A DNA stretch of 64,000 bases from contig CAWBHS010000100.1 of assembly GCA_963788655.1 (NCBI GenBank), forward strand, positions 1 to 64,000. Reading direction: 5' to 3'. The stretch's first letter is position 1. Every line of letters starts with the position of its first letter. The translations under genes were made by a program, and so were the position numbers. Origin of the DNA: an uncultured Verrucomicrobiae bacterium. Its GTDB lineage: Bacteria; Verrucomicrobiota; Verrucomicrobiia; Limisphaerales; JAFGQR01. Of the stretch, positions 36,916-47,324 are shown in pieces. Below the pieces are notes generated by a model. That model was not told the origin of the DNA, ran no database searches, and saw nothing but the letters and a program-made list of their open reading frames with translations.

Positions 36916-37244
36916 GTATCGAGTTGAAATCGATCTCCGGATTGCGCTCGATGCCCAACCTGTTTTTGAGGGATCGTTGAGGTTCATTGGGGCAGAGTCG
37001 CGACCATCAGCATTTGCGGCAAGTTGGAATTTCATCTCGAAGTTCCCCTTAAGCCGTAATGCTCCAGTCAACAAGGGGAGCGCGCCCTCGCCGGTTGGCC
37101 GCGCGACTGAGCAGTCACTGAACAGTGAATCCCTTGGGACCTTCGAAAGTGGTTGGCGAGGCGCCAACCACAGCGCCCGAGGCGGGGGCGCTCCCCTATC
37201 GCAATTGCGCGGATACGGTTCACGCAGCCACTCCCAAATAACCG

Positions 37245-37278
37245 AAACGGCTGTCCCGCGTGATCAGACAGCCGTTTC
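37245..37278 (-). terminator. Putative intrinsic terminator
   Basis: AAACGGCTGTC...GACAGCCGTTT hairpin just downstream of the gene ending at 37333. Confidence 0.6.
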
Positions 37279-37332
37279 GGGAGTTTGATTGAGGTCGGCA
37301 GCCGCAACGGATGCGGACTCCGCCCCGTCCAT

Positions 37333-38242
37333 TCACCGCCCCGCCGGTTCCAAAAGAATGCGGAAGAATTGCACGTTGGACTTGGTTTCCGGTTTCAACT
37401 CGTAGGTATTGCTGGGCGGTGTGGCCTTGAGGCCTGACTCGACGGCTCGGAAACGGTGCATGTCTTCGCCGGCTTCAATCGTGTACGTGCGCCCTTCGAA
37501 ACTGGTCCAACTCAGCAGCACACCGTCCGCCTTGTGGACAACTTCGAGGTGCAGGTTGGACGCGGCATCGGTGGGATCGGAACCCAAGGCTTCTTCGCCC
37601 TGGGCGTTGACGCCGTCCCCGTCGTTGTCGTCCGAGTAGAAGACCTCTTTGGGATCTTTGAAATACTGTTCTTCCCAGCGGTCTTGCAGGCCATCGAGAT
37701 CCTGGTCGTCGCGCGTGGGCGAAACGGGATCAAACACTACTTCACCTTGTTGGGCCTCCAAAACAGCCCCCTGGATCGTCACGAAACTGGCAAACTCGGC
37801 CGGCCGCCCAATCGCCACATTGAATCCCGGCGTATCGGTGCGCAACCGGCTGAACACTACGGTGCCCAGCAAAACGCCATTGTCCAGCACGCCCGACTTG
37901 AGGATCGCGCGCGTCCATTTTGGCACCGAGGAACAAGACTTCGCCGGGATGGGATGCATCGGGCGCCTGGTAAGGAATGTCGCTCGTTCCGTCGGACAAA
38001 TACCAGACCGCGCTGTTCCGCGTGGCGCTGACGACATGCAGCAGGTCCGGATCGTAGAACACTTTGCAGGTGAAGCTCACAATCGGGTCGGTGGTGATGT
38101 CCGCCAAAATTTGGGCGGTGACGAATTCCCCGGACGACGATGCGACGCCGTAAACGCGTACCATGGCGTGGGCGGATACCGTTCCCAATAGACTGGCCGC
38201 CAGGATCAGGCCGCACACCGCAGGGCTTACTTTTGTTTTCAT
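37333..38242 (-). CDS. Secreted cohesin-like domain protein with Ca-binding repeats and an FFRI tail (frameshift ~37905)
   Basis: Signal peptide MKTKV; IVSFTCKVFYDPDLLHVV; DQDLDGLQDRWE, DNDGDG, GSDPTD; two ORFs join across one shift. Confidence 0.6.
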
Positions 38243-38289
38243 AGTTTGTCTCCGTAAAGTTTCGCTGGTTGTCAGTTGCGCACGCTCCC

Positions 38290-40861
38290 TCAAGGGGTAG
38301 TCACGCTCACGCAGTTGGTCTGGCCGAATTGCGATCCGAAGATGGCCAGATCGGCTCCATCCACGTCGCCGTCGCCATCCAGGTCGGCAGCGCAGGCCGA
38401 AGTCGCGCCACCGCCGCCTCCGACGCTGAGGAAGTAGTGGTCGTTGAAGGTGTCCCAATAAATGTGGTTGAATCCATCGGTGGTGCGGGCCCAAACCCGC
38501 AGGCGGAATTGATACGAGCAACTGGTCCAGGGCGTCAGGGCCCCGGTGCCATGGGCGGGCACGGAACTGGTGATGAATGACGTGACCCCGTTCCAGGTAG
38601 GACGCGAGCTGTCATTCGCGCCGGCGTATTGGTCGGCCGCGATCACGCCGGCGTTATGGTTCCGGCCATACAGCGCGTCGAGCGTGTAGTTCCGCACAAA
38701 GCCATCCGGATGGGACGCGGTGATTTCGAACTGCACTTCTTGCTGGTCGGTGAGCAAGGGAATGAATCCGCACTCCGGGATGACGTTGCCGAAATGGTCG
38801 CGCACCGAGTCGATGGTGGCCGTCACGCCTTTGTTGTCCACATACACCGTGATCCGGCTCAGGTCGTTGGGCGGCAGCGAGACTTCAATCGGAATTCCCA
38901 GAAACAGCCAGTAGCCTTTGCAGATCAGATCATAGCGGCCGTCCGCGACCCCGTGCGTGTTCCAGATAATCTTGAGGTCGGGGTGCGCCCAATAACCGGA
39001 GTCCGGTCGATCCGTGCGCAGATAAAGTCCATTGGCGTCCGGTCCCACGTTTTCGAGCGAGGTGGTGACGGTACCGCCGGAATGGACGGTGTATTTGATC
39101 TTGGACAACGGATCGGTGATCGGTTGGAAATCCCCAGGTCCCGGCGGCGTGTTGCCGTTCCATTTGCCCGCGTAAACCCGGTAGTAATGCACCGCCGTGT
39201 CGCTCATGCCAAACAGCCCGTGAATCCAGAGGTTGCCGCCGAAGGGCGCGTCTTTGTACTGATAAATTTTCAACGCACTGGCGACTGCGGGCGACACATT
39301 GGCCAGCCCGGCCAGTGAACCGCCTTGCGTGATTTCCGAGGTGGGAATCTTGCCAATGTTGTTGAACAGGAAACCGCTGGTGATGGCACTGCCCAATCCC
39401 GGCAACAAACCGGTCGGGCCACCGAAAGCCCCCATGTCATTACGCGAGCCATCATGATCGTTGTAAATCGGCGCGGGGTCGCCGGCGTCGATGCAGGGCG
39501 AACCTTCCAACAGCGCGAACGGCGGACTGGCGGTGGCATCGAAGAGTGGGTCGGCCGAAATGTCGCCCAAGCCCGGCGCCGCCACGCCCGCGGATTGGGA
39601 ATCATAATCATGCCATCGGTTGTTCCAGACGTCGTTGAACGAAATCTGCGGCACGGAACTGTGGCTGGCGGAAATGCCCGTGCTGTTGCCCGTGCTGATG
39701 TTGTTTTTGATGATGGCGTTGGCGCCCGCGTAGCACCAGATGCCTTCGTCGTTGTTGTCCACGATGGTGTTGTTGATAATCTGCGCGCCGGTCGAGTTGG
39801 TCCAACCGATGTAAATCCCCGCGCCGTTGTTGCTGACCACCACGTTGTTGGCGATCAGCGGCGTCGAGTGCAGACAGATAATCCCGTAATCCAGATAACC
39901 GTCCCCCAGGTTGCCATTGGCTTGCACAATGTTATTGCGCACGATGGCGCTGCTCTCGGTGTAAATCTGCACGCCGTTACGGTTGCCGATGATCCAGTTG
40001 TTGCCGAACAACACGTCACCGCCCCGGATGTCCACCCCGGCGTCGCTCGTGCCGGTGCCGCTGCCGGTGATTTTGAAGCCTTCGAACTGGCAATTGGTCA
40101 CGTTGATCGCGCTGACTACGCTGCCCGCGCCAGTGCCGTTCAGGATGGTTTCACTGAAACCGGCGCCCATCACGCTGACCTCGCTCCGCAGGTGCAAATC
40201 TTCCGTGTACGTGCCGGGATCGACCATTACGGTGTCACCAGGCGACGCCGCATTGATGGCGGCCTGAATGGATTCCCCGCCCGCGACAATCAAGGTGTCC
40301 TGACCGGTGACCGTGATGTTGACGCCGTTGCGCCGGAACGTGCTCAGCGGCGGGTTGGTGCCTGCGGTCTGTACCGACGGAGGTGCAACCGCCCGTGAAG
40401 CCGGGCACGGAATAATACAAGGTGGTGCCCGGCGCGTTATCCAATGACATGGAAAAGCAAATCCGGCTGCCCTTGGCGATGCGTGTCGAGGGGAACACAA
40501 ACGTCACGGGTTCGTTCTGGGGATAGGTTCCGGTAATCGTGAAGTTCGCGGTGGAGGCGGCCAGGACGGTGCCGTCGTAGGTGTTTTTTCGCACGGTCAG
40601 GGTGACGCTGTAATTGCCCGTGTCGGTGGAGGAAAACTCCAGGCGCACCGAGTCAAGGCTATTGCCCGGGTAGGTGGGAAGGTAGAAACCGCGGTCATAA
40701 AAATCACCGCCCGGCAGGCCCGTGCAGGAAAGCAAGGTTTCGGCCAGACCGGCAGCGCCACTCAACAGGAGGGCGCAGGCGACGACGAACGCCTGAACGC
40801 AGGGGTTCCGGCGGTATCGATTGAATTGGCATTGGGATTGGGGCTCAGTTTGCGATTTCAT
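38290..40861 (-). CDS. Secreted right-handed beta-helix protein with a C-terminal dockerin-like EF-hand (frameshift ~40375)
   Basis: SIQAAINAASPGDTV, Asn ladders, ADPLF, SPCIDAG, DMGAFG; ADLDGDGDVDGADLAIF. Confidence 0.75.
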
Positions 40862-41141
40862 AGTTCAACGGTGTTGATTGGTTGTCATCCAGTTTGGAAC
40901 CGGATCCGATTCGTTCGTTTGTTTCTATGGTGTAAAGAAGAAGCCGCCACCGGGGATTACAGGAAAAATGCAACGACCGGGGTTAAATTCGAATATGATT
41001 GCAATTTGAAAGCCCACGAATAGCCTCAGTGTGCATGAGCCTGGAAATTCGTGTCGAGTTCGCGGGGCCGTCCGGTGAGGGACGCAATGCAGTAAACTCA
41101 GCAGAGTTAGGTTGGCCGCTCCGGCGCGGCTTTCGAAAGTC

Positions 41142-44100
41142 ATGGTGACTTTGCCCAAACACGTGAAACGCAATTGGCAACGCGGCTTCGCCGCCCTTTT
41201 GCTGGTGGGGGCGGCGACCGGGATGCGACTTGGGTTCTTGCAGGCGTTGGAAACGCGCGCTCCCTACCTGACATTATATCCGGCCGTAATCCTCGCCGCG
41301 CTCTATGGGGGCGCGTGGGGGGGATCCTGGCGACGGTGCTCTCGGCGTTGGCGGCTGGTTGCTTGTGGGTCGAGCCGGTCGGTCTGTTCAGCATCGGTGC
41401 ATCGGCGGATTGGCTGGGGCTGGCCGTCTTCCTCGCCAACGGCTTGTTGCTCTCGCTGGTCGTCGAAGGGATGCATCGCACGCAGACCTGCGCCCGCCTG
41501 GCTGAGGCCGAGCTGCACTCCCCTGCCGATCGCCCACCGGCCGAAGGGATACGGGGCAATGCCGAGGAACGGTTTGCCCGGGAGAAACTAAAGGCCCGCT
41601 TTCCGGTCAAGGCCATGTTCGCCGCGGCGGTCATCATGCTTGCGGGCGTTGGCTGGATGATCTATCGGAATATGACCGCCACCGTCGAGGCCGACCACTG
41701 GGAAACTCATACTTACTTGGTGATTCAAGATCTCGATCGGCTGCTCGGTGGCTTGAACGAAGCGGAAGCTGCGGCTCACGGGTACCGGCTCACGGGCGAC
41801 GACCGAACTTTGGAAGCATATCATCAGGCCATCGGGGTGGTGGGGGAGATGTTGCCATTGCTCGAGCAAATGGTCGAAGACGATCCAGCTCAACATGAGC
41901 GCGTATTAGGGCTGGAAGGACCGATCCAGCGGAAGCTGGCGGAGTTGAACGTAGTGATCCAGATGCGGAAGACCAACGATCCCACCGCCGCCCGAAACCT
42001 GGCCCTGGCCGCGCTGGATCCTGGGTTGATGGACGACCTGCGCCGGCAAGTGGCGAAGATCCAGGCGGAGGAAACGCAGTTGCTGGGACAGCGCGTCGGT
42101 GCGAAAAACACCGGTAACCGCCGGACCCTGCAAGCCTTGGTGGCGGGCGGTTTGCTCAGCGTCACCATCCTTGGCTTGGTATTCATGGTTCTGCGCCGGG
42201 AAAACACCCAGCGCCTCCGGGCCGAACGTGAATTGCGGCAGCACCGGGACCGCCTGGAGGAAGCCATCACTGCACGGACGCAGGAACTGGCCCAGGCGAA
42301 CCGGTTGCTCCAGACGGAGGTGGACGAACGTAAGCGTGGCGAAGCTGCCAAGTCCCGGTTAGCGGCCATTGTTGAATCGACGGATGACGCCATCGTCTCC
42401 AAGGATCTGGATGGCACCATCCTGACTTGGAATGCCGGAGCGGAGCGGATGTTCGGCTGGCCCGCCGCGGAAATCCTCGGCCAACCAGTCACGCGCTTGA
42501 TACCGCCGGAGTTGCTGGCGGAAGAGGAACAGATTCTCCAGCGATTGAAGCACGGGGAGCGCGTCCAACATTACGAAACGGTGCGCGTGACCAGGGATGG
42601 GCGGCCATTGGAAGTATCGCTGACCATCTCGCCGTTGTGGGACCGCGAGGGGCAGTTGGTTGGGGCGTCGAAAATCATTCGCGACATCGCCGCGCACAAA
42701 CAAGCCGAAGCCGAACTGCACAAACTCAATCGGGCGCTAAGGGCGCGCAGCAAGAGCGATCAGGCCATGATGCGCGCTACCGAGGAACTGGCCTATTTGC
42801 AGGAGGTCTGTCGGATTATCGTCGAGGATTGCGGCCACGCCATGGTCTGGATCGGTTACGCGGAAGAAGACGAAGTCCGCACCGTTCGTCCCGTAGCGCA
42901 GGCGGGCTTCGAGGAAGGGTATCTCGAGACTCTGCGTATTTCCTGGGCGGACACGGACCGTGGGCGCGGCCCCACCGGCACCGCCATCCGTACCGGCCAA
43001 CCTTGCGGGTGCCGCAACATGCTCACGGATCCGCTATTCGCGCCCTGGCGGGCCGAGGCGGAAAAACACGGATATGCTTCGTCGCTTGCCCTGCCGTTGC
43101 GCACCGGCGAAAAGACCATCGGCGTACTGACCATTTACTCGCGGCAGCCCGAGTCATTTACGGAAGCGGAGGAGAAATTGCTGACCGAGTTGGCGGATGA
43201 CTTGGCGCATGGCATCACCATCCTCCGGTTCCGCCGCGCCCACGCGCAGACTGAAACTGCGTTGCGGGAAAGTGAAGAACGCTTCCGCACGCTGGCCAAC
43301 GCCATGCCGCAACTTGCCTGGATCGCCCGGTCGGATGGTCATATCTTCTGGTACAGATCAACGCTGGTACGAATACACCGGCACCACGCTGGAACAGATG
43401 GAAGGTTGGGGCTGGCAGCAGGTTCATGATCCTGAGGCGCTGCCTCACGTCATCGAAGGATGGAAAACCAGCCTGGCCACCGGTGAACCCTTCGAGATGG
43501 AGTTTCCGCTGCGCGGGGCAGATGGCCGGTTCCGCCCGTTCTTGACCCGCGGCCATCCCTTAAAGGATGCGCAGGGACGCGTCCTCCAGTGGCTCGGCAC
43601 CAACACGGACATCAGTGAACGCATCGAAGCAGAGGAGCGTATTAAAAAGTTGAACGCCGAACTTGAGGAACGCGTGCAGGACCGGACCCGCGATTTGACC
43701 GCCGCCAACAAAGAACTCGAGGCCTTTTGTTACTCGGTTTCCCATGACCTGCGCGCGCCGTTGCGGACGATGGACGGTTTCAGTCAGGCGGTGTTGGAGG
43801 ATTATGCCGAGCGTTTGGATGCCGAAGGCCAGGGTTACCTCCAACGCATCCGCCGGAGTTGCCAGCGCATGGGCCAATTGATCGATGATTTACTCAACCT
43901 GTCCCGGCTGAGCCGGGCCGAACTGCACCGCCAAAGCATTGATCTCACCGCCCTGGCTCGGGAGGCCGCCCGGCAGTTGCAGCAAACGCAACCTGACCGG
44001 CACGTAACGTTCCGCATCGCCGACCACCTCACCGCGGAAGGCGACCTGAATTTGCTGCGCGCGGTGTTGTGGAACCTGCTCGAAAACGCTTGGAAGTTCA

Positions 44101-44432
44101 CGGCCCGGCGGCCGGAGGCGGTGATCGAATTTGGCGTCCAGGATGGTCACGCCGCCAGTGCCGGGCAATCCGCCACGGGCACGGATTGCCCGGTGTTCTT
44201 CGTGCGGGACAACGGCGCCGGATTTGACATGGCCTACGCCGGGAAGCTGTTCCGGCCGTTCCAACGACTGCACAGGACCAGCGAGTTTCCGGGGTCCGGC
44301 ATCGGATTGGCCAATGTCCAACGCATCATTCACCGGCATGGTGGCCGGTTGTGGGCCGAAGGCGCGGTAGGTCACGGCGCGACGGTCTATTTCACGATTG
44401 AACCAACAAAGGAAGAAGCTCATGGATCCTGA
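41142..44432 (+). CDS. Sensor histidine kinase: DUF4118-CHASE3-PAS-GAF-PAS-HisKA-HATPase (frameshifts ~41320, ~43355)
   Basis: WNAGAERMFG, GRGPTGTAIRTG, SVSHDLRAPLR, NLLENAWKF, DNGAGF, GSGIGL; spread over three ORFs. Confidence 0.85.
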
Positions 44433-44877
44433 AAAAATCATTCTCTTGGTGGAAGACAACGCCGACGACGAGGAATTGACCTTGCGGGCGTTGCGCAAAA
44501 ACCACGTCAAGAACAACGTGGTGGTGGCGCGCGACGGCGCCGAGGCGCTCGATTATCTCTTTGGCACCGGCGCCTACACGGGTCGCGATCCCACTGTGTT
44601 GCCGGAGGTGGTGCTGCTGGACGTCAAATTGCCGAAACTGGACGGACTGGAAGTGCTGCGCCGCATTCGGGAGGATCCGCGCACCCAATTTCTCCCGGTG
44701 GTCATGCTCACCTCCTCCACGACCGAGTCCGACTTGGTGGACAGCTACGCCCACGGCGCCAACAGTTACGTGCGCAAGCCGGTGGATTTTGTTCGGTTCA
44801 TGGAATCAGTGCGGCAAGTGGGCTTGTATTGGCTGATGGTGAACGAGCCCGTGCCAAGCTTGAGGAACAAGTTGTGA
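44422..44877 (+). CDS. Single-domain response regulator (Rcp-like)
   Basis: ILLVEDN, LLDVKLPK, MLTSS, GANSYVRKP. Confidence 0.95.
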   Translation: MDPEKIILLVEDNADDEELTLRALRKNHVKNNVVVARDGAEALDYLFGTGAYTGRDPTVLPEVVLLDVKLPKLDGLEVLRRIREDPRTQFLPVVMLTSSTTESDLVDSYAHGANSYVRKPVDFVRFMESVRQVGLYWLMVNEPVPSLRNKL

Positions 44878-47057
44878 AGCAACCGCTGCGCGTTTTGTTG
44901 GTCGAGGATTCGGAGGACGATGCCCTCCTGCTGGTGCGCCATCTGCGTCGCGCCGGCTATGCGCCGGTGTCGGAACGGGCCGCCACCCCCGCCGCGCTCA
45001 CTGCGGCGCTGGCGAAAGGAGCTTGGGATTTGGTCATCAGTGACTACCGGATGCCGGAGTTCGACGGCCTCGCCGCGCTCAAGTTGGTGCAGGAACTCGG
45101 ATCGGACGTGCCGTTCATTCTGGTATCGGGAGCGGTCGGCGAAGAAGTGGCGGTCGAAGCCATGAAAGCCGGGGCCCATGATTACGTGCTGAAAGACAAC
45201 CTGGCGCGGTTGAATTCCGCCGTCGAGCGGGAGTTGCGCGAGGCCGGGATTCGCCGTCAGCATCGGCAAGCGGAGCGGGAGATCCGGGATCGCGACGAGG
45301 AACTGACCACGATTTACGAGCACGCACCGTTGGTGTTGCTGCTGGTGGACCGCGAGTACCGCGTCCGCAAAACCAACCGCTCCGCCGCCCACTTCGGCGG
45401 GGCGGAACCCGCCAGCCTCGTCGGGTTGCGCGCGGGCGAAGCCCTGCGATGCCAACATGTGCTCGATGATCCCCGGGGTTGCGGTTTCGGCCCCTCGTGC
45501 CGCGATTGTCCGGTACGCCGCGCGATTCATGAAACCCTCACCACCGGCCAGAGCCAGCAACAAGTGGAGGTCAATCTGGTGGTTTCGGACGGCAAGCGAT
45601 CTCGGCAGGCCATCGGTTTGCTATCCACTGCCAAACTTATCATCCGCGGCGAAGAGTTGGTGCTGGTGACGATTCAAAATGTCACCCGGCTCAAGGAAAC
45701 CGAGGCCGCCATGCGCCGAAGTGAAGCGGCGCTTCAGGAAGCGGTGGAACAACTCAACACGGCCAACGAGGAATTGCAGGCCGCCAACGAGGAACTCCAA
45801 ACGGCGAATGAGCAGCTCCTGAGCACCAGCAGGGAACTCGAATCCGCCAATGAAGAACTTCGCCTCGTTAACGATACGCTGGAACTGCGCGTTGAGGAAC
45901 GGACGGTCGAATTGAACCGGCGGTTGCGGCAACTGCGCGCGCTGGCCGGGCGACTAACCCTCGCCGAGGAGCAGGAGCGCCGACGGCTGGCCCACGTCTT
46001 GCACGACGGTTTGCAACAACTGCTCGTTGGGGCGCGCTTTCATGTGGACGTCGTTTGCAGCGGGGTCGCGGATCCGACGCTGGCCAAAGATCTCGAGAAA
46101 GTCATCGACCTGCTGACCGAATCGATCAAGGTTTCCCGCTCGCTCACGGCCGACCTTTGTCCAACGGTGCTCTCGCAGGAAGGATTGGCGGCGGCCTTCA
46201 AATGGCTGGGGGGCTGGTTCCGGGAACAGCAGGGTCTGAAAGTGGACGTGATCGTCCAGGCCGAAGCTGTCGTGCCGGCGGAGGAAATCCGTATTGCCCT
46301 GTTCCAATCCGTGCGTGAACTGCTGTTCAACGTCGTTAAACATGCCCGTGTCAAGACGGCCCGGGTGCGCTTGAGCCAGACTCCCGAAGGAATGATTTGC
46401 ATTGAGGTGCGCGACCGGGGCGCCGGCTTCGACCCCGCGCAAGTTCGGGCGCGGGAGGGCACTGAAGGGGGCTTCGGCCTGTTCAGCTTGCGCGAGCGGC
46501 TGGAATCCTTCGCCGGCCGGTTGGAAGTGAACAGCGTGCCCGGCCGCGGCAGCCGTTTTACCATCATCGCGCCACTCTCGACTTCTCTGCCGGACAGCCA
46601 CGCCACGACGGTCGCCCCGCCCGCTTCCCAAGCCCCAGCGTCTCCTGAGATACGCAAGATCCGCATCCTGGTGGCTGACGATCATGCGGTGATCCGCGAC
46701 GGATTGAAACGGGCCTTTCAGGACGAGCCGGACCTTGACGTGGTCGGCGAAGCCGCCGATGGGATCGAAGCAATCCACGAAGCGCGGCGGTTGCGCCCGG
46801 ACGTGGTGGTGATGGATGTTGCGATGCCGAAAATGGACGGCATCGAGGCCACCCGCCGGCTGATCGAAGAATTCCCGCAGGTGCGGGTGGTGGGGTTGTC
46901 CATGAGCACGGACGAGTCCCACCGCGCCGCCCTGCACGCCGCCGGCGCAGCGCAGTTTCTGGACAAGACCCATTCGGCCGCCAGCGTGGTGGCGGCCATC
47001 CGCAAATGTATCCGCGCGCCGCGCAAACGGAAACGCGCGAAAGCCGTAACGCGCTAG
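44874..47057 (+). CDS. Hybrid REC-PAS-HisKA_3-HATPase-REC kinase
   Basis: VLLVEDS, NEEL heptads, EEQERRRLAHVLHD, DRGAGF, ILVADDH; GTG start overlaps the upstream stop. Confidence 0.9.
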   Translation: MKQPLRVLLVEDSEDDALLLVRHLRRAGYAPVSERAATPAALTAALAKGAWDLVISDYRMPEFDGLAALKLVQELGSDVPFILVSGAVGEEVAVEAMKAGAHDYVLKDNLARLNSAVERELREAGIRRQHRQAEREIRDRDEELTTIYEHAPLVLLLVDREYRVRKTNRSAAHFGGAEPASLVGLRAGEALRCQHVLDDPRGCGFGPSCRDCPVRRAIHETLTTGQSQQQVEVNLVVSDGKRSRQAIGLLSTAKLIIRGEELVLVTIQNVTRLKETEAAMRRSEAALQEAVEQLNTANEELQAANEELQTANEQLLSTSRELESANEELRLVNDTLELRVEERTVELNRRLRQLRALAGRLTLAEEQERRRLAHVLHDGLQQLLVGARFHVDVVCSGVADPTLAKDLEKVIDLLTESIKVSRSLTADLCPTVLSQEGLAAAFKWLGGWFREQQGLKVDVIVQAEAVVPAEEIRIALFQSVRELLFNVVKHARVKTARVRLSQTPEGMICIEVRDRGAGFDPAQVRAREGTEGGFGLFSLRERLESFAGRLEVNSVPGRGSRFTIIAPLSTSLPDSHATTVAPPASQAPASPEIRKIRILVADDHAVIRDGLKRAFQDEPDLDVVGEAADGIEAIHEARRLRPDVVVMDVAMPKMDGIEATRRLIEEFPQVRVVGLSMSTDESHRAALHAAGAAQFLDKTHSAASVVAAIRKCIRAPRKRKRAKAVTR

Positions 47058-47107
47058 CGCGAGTTTTCTTCTTCGAAAAACAGCCCGCATGGGCGGCGCC
47101 GACTTAC

Positions 47108-47251
47108 ACTATAGCGACAGTTCCCGCGAATCGCGGCAGGAGCGCGGCGTTTACGCCGCTTCACCGTCCTATCCCGCAAGCCGCTGGTTGGCCTTGGGTG
47201 CTTGAAGCGGCCTAAAGGCCGCGCGCCTATCGGTGAAAGTGTCGCGGTAGT
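47108..47251. repeat. Second (inverted) copy of the ~143-bp MITE/REPIN-like element
   Basis: ACTATAGCGACAGTT...AAGTGTCGCGGTAGT. Confidence 0.8.
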
Positions 47252-47324
47252 GTTAATTGCATCCATGCAGGGTCAGCAACCTCCGGCAAAGCCAGGGGGT
47301 TCTCCACGGAGCCAATGACGACCT

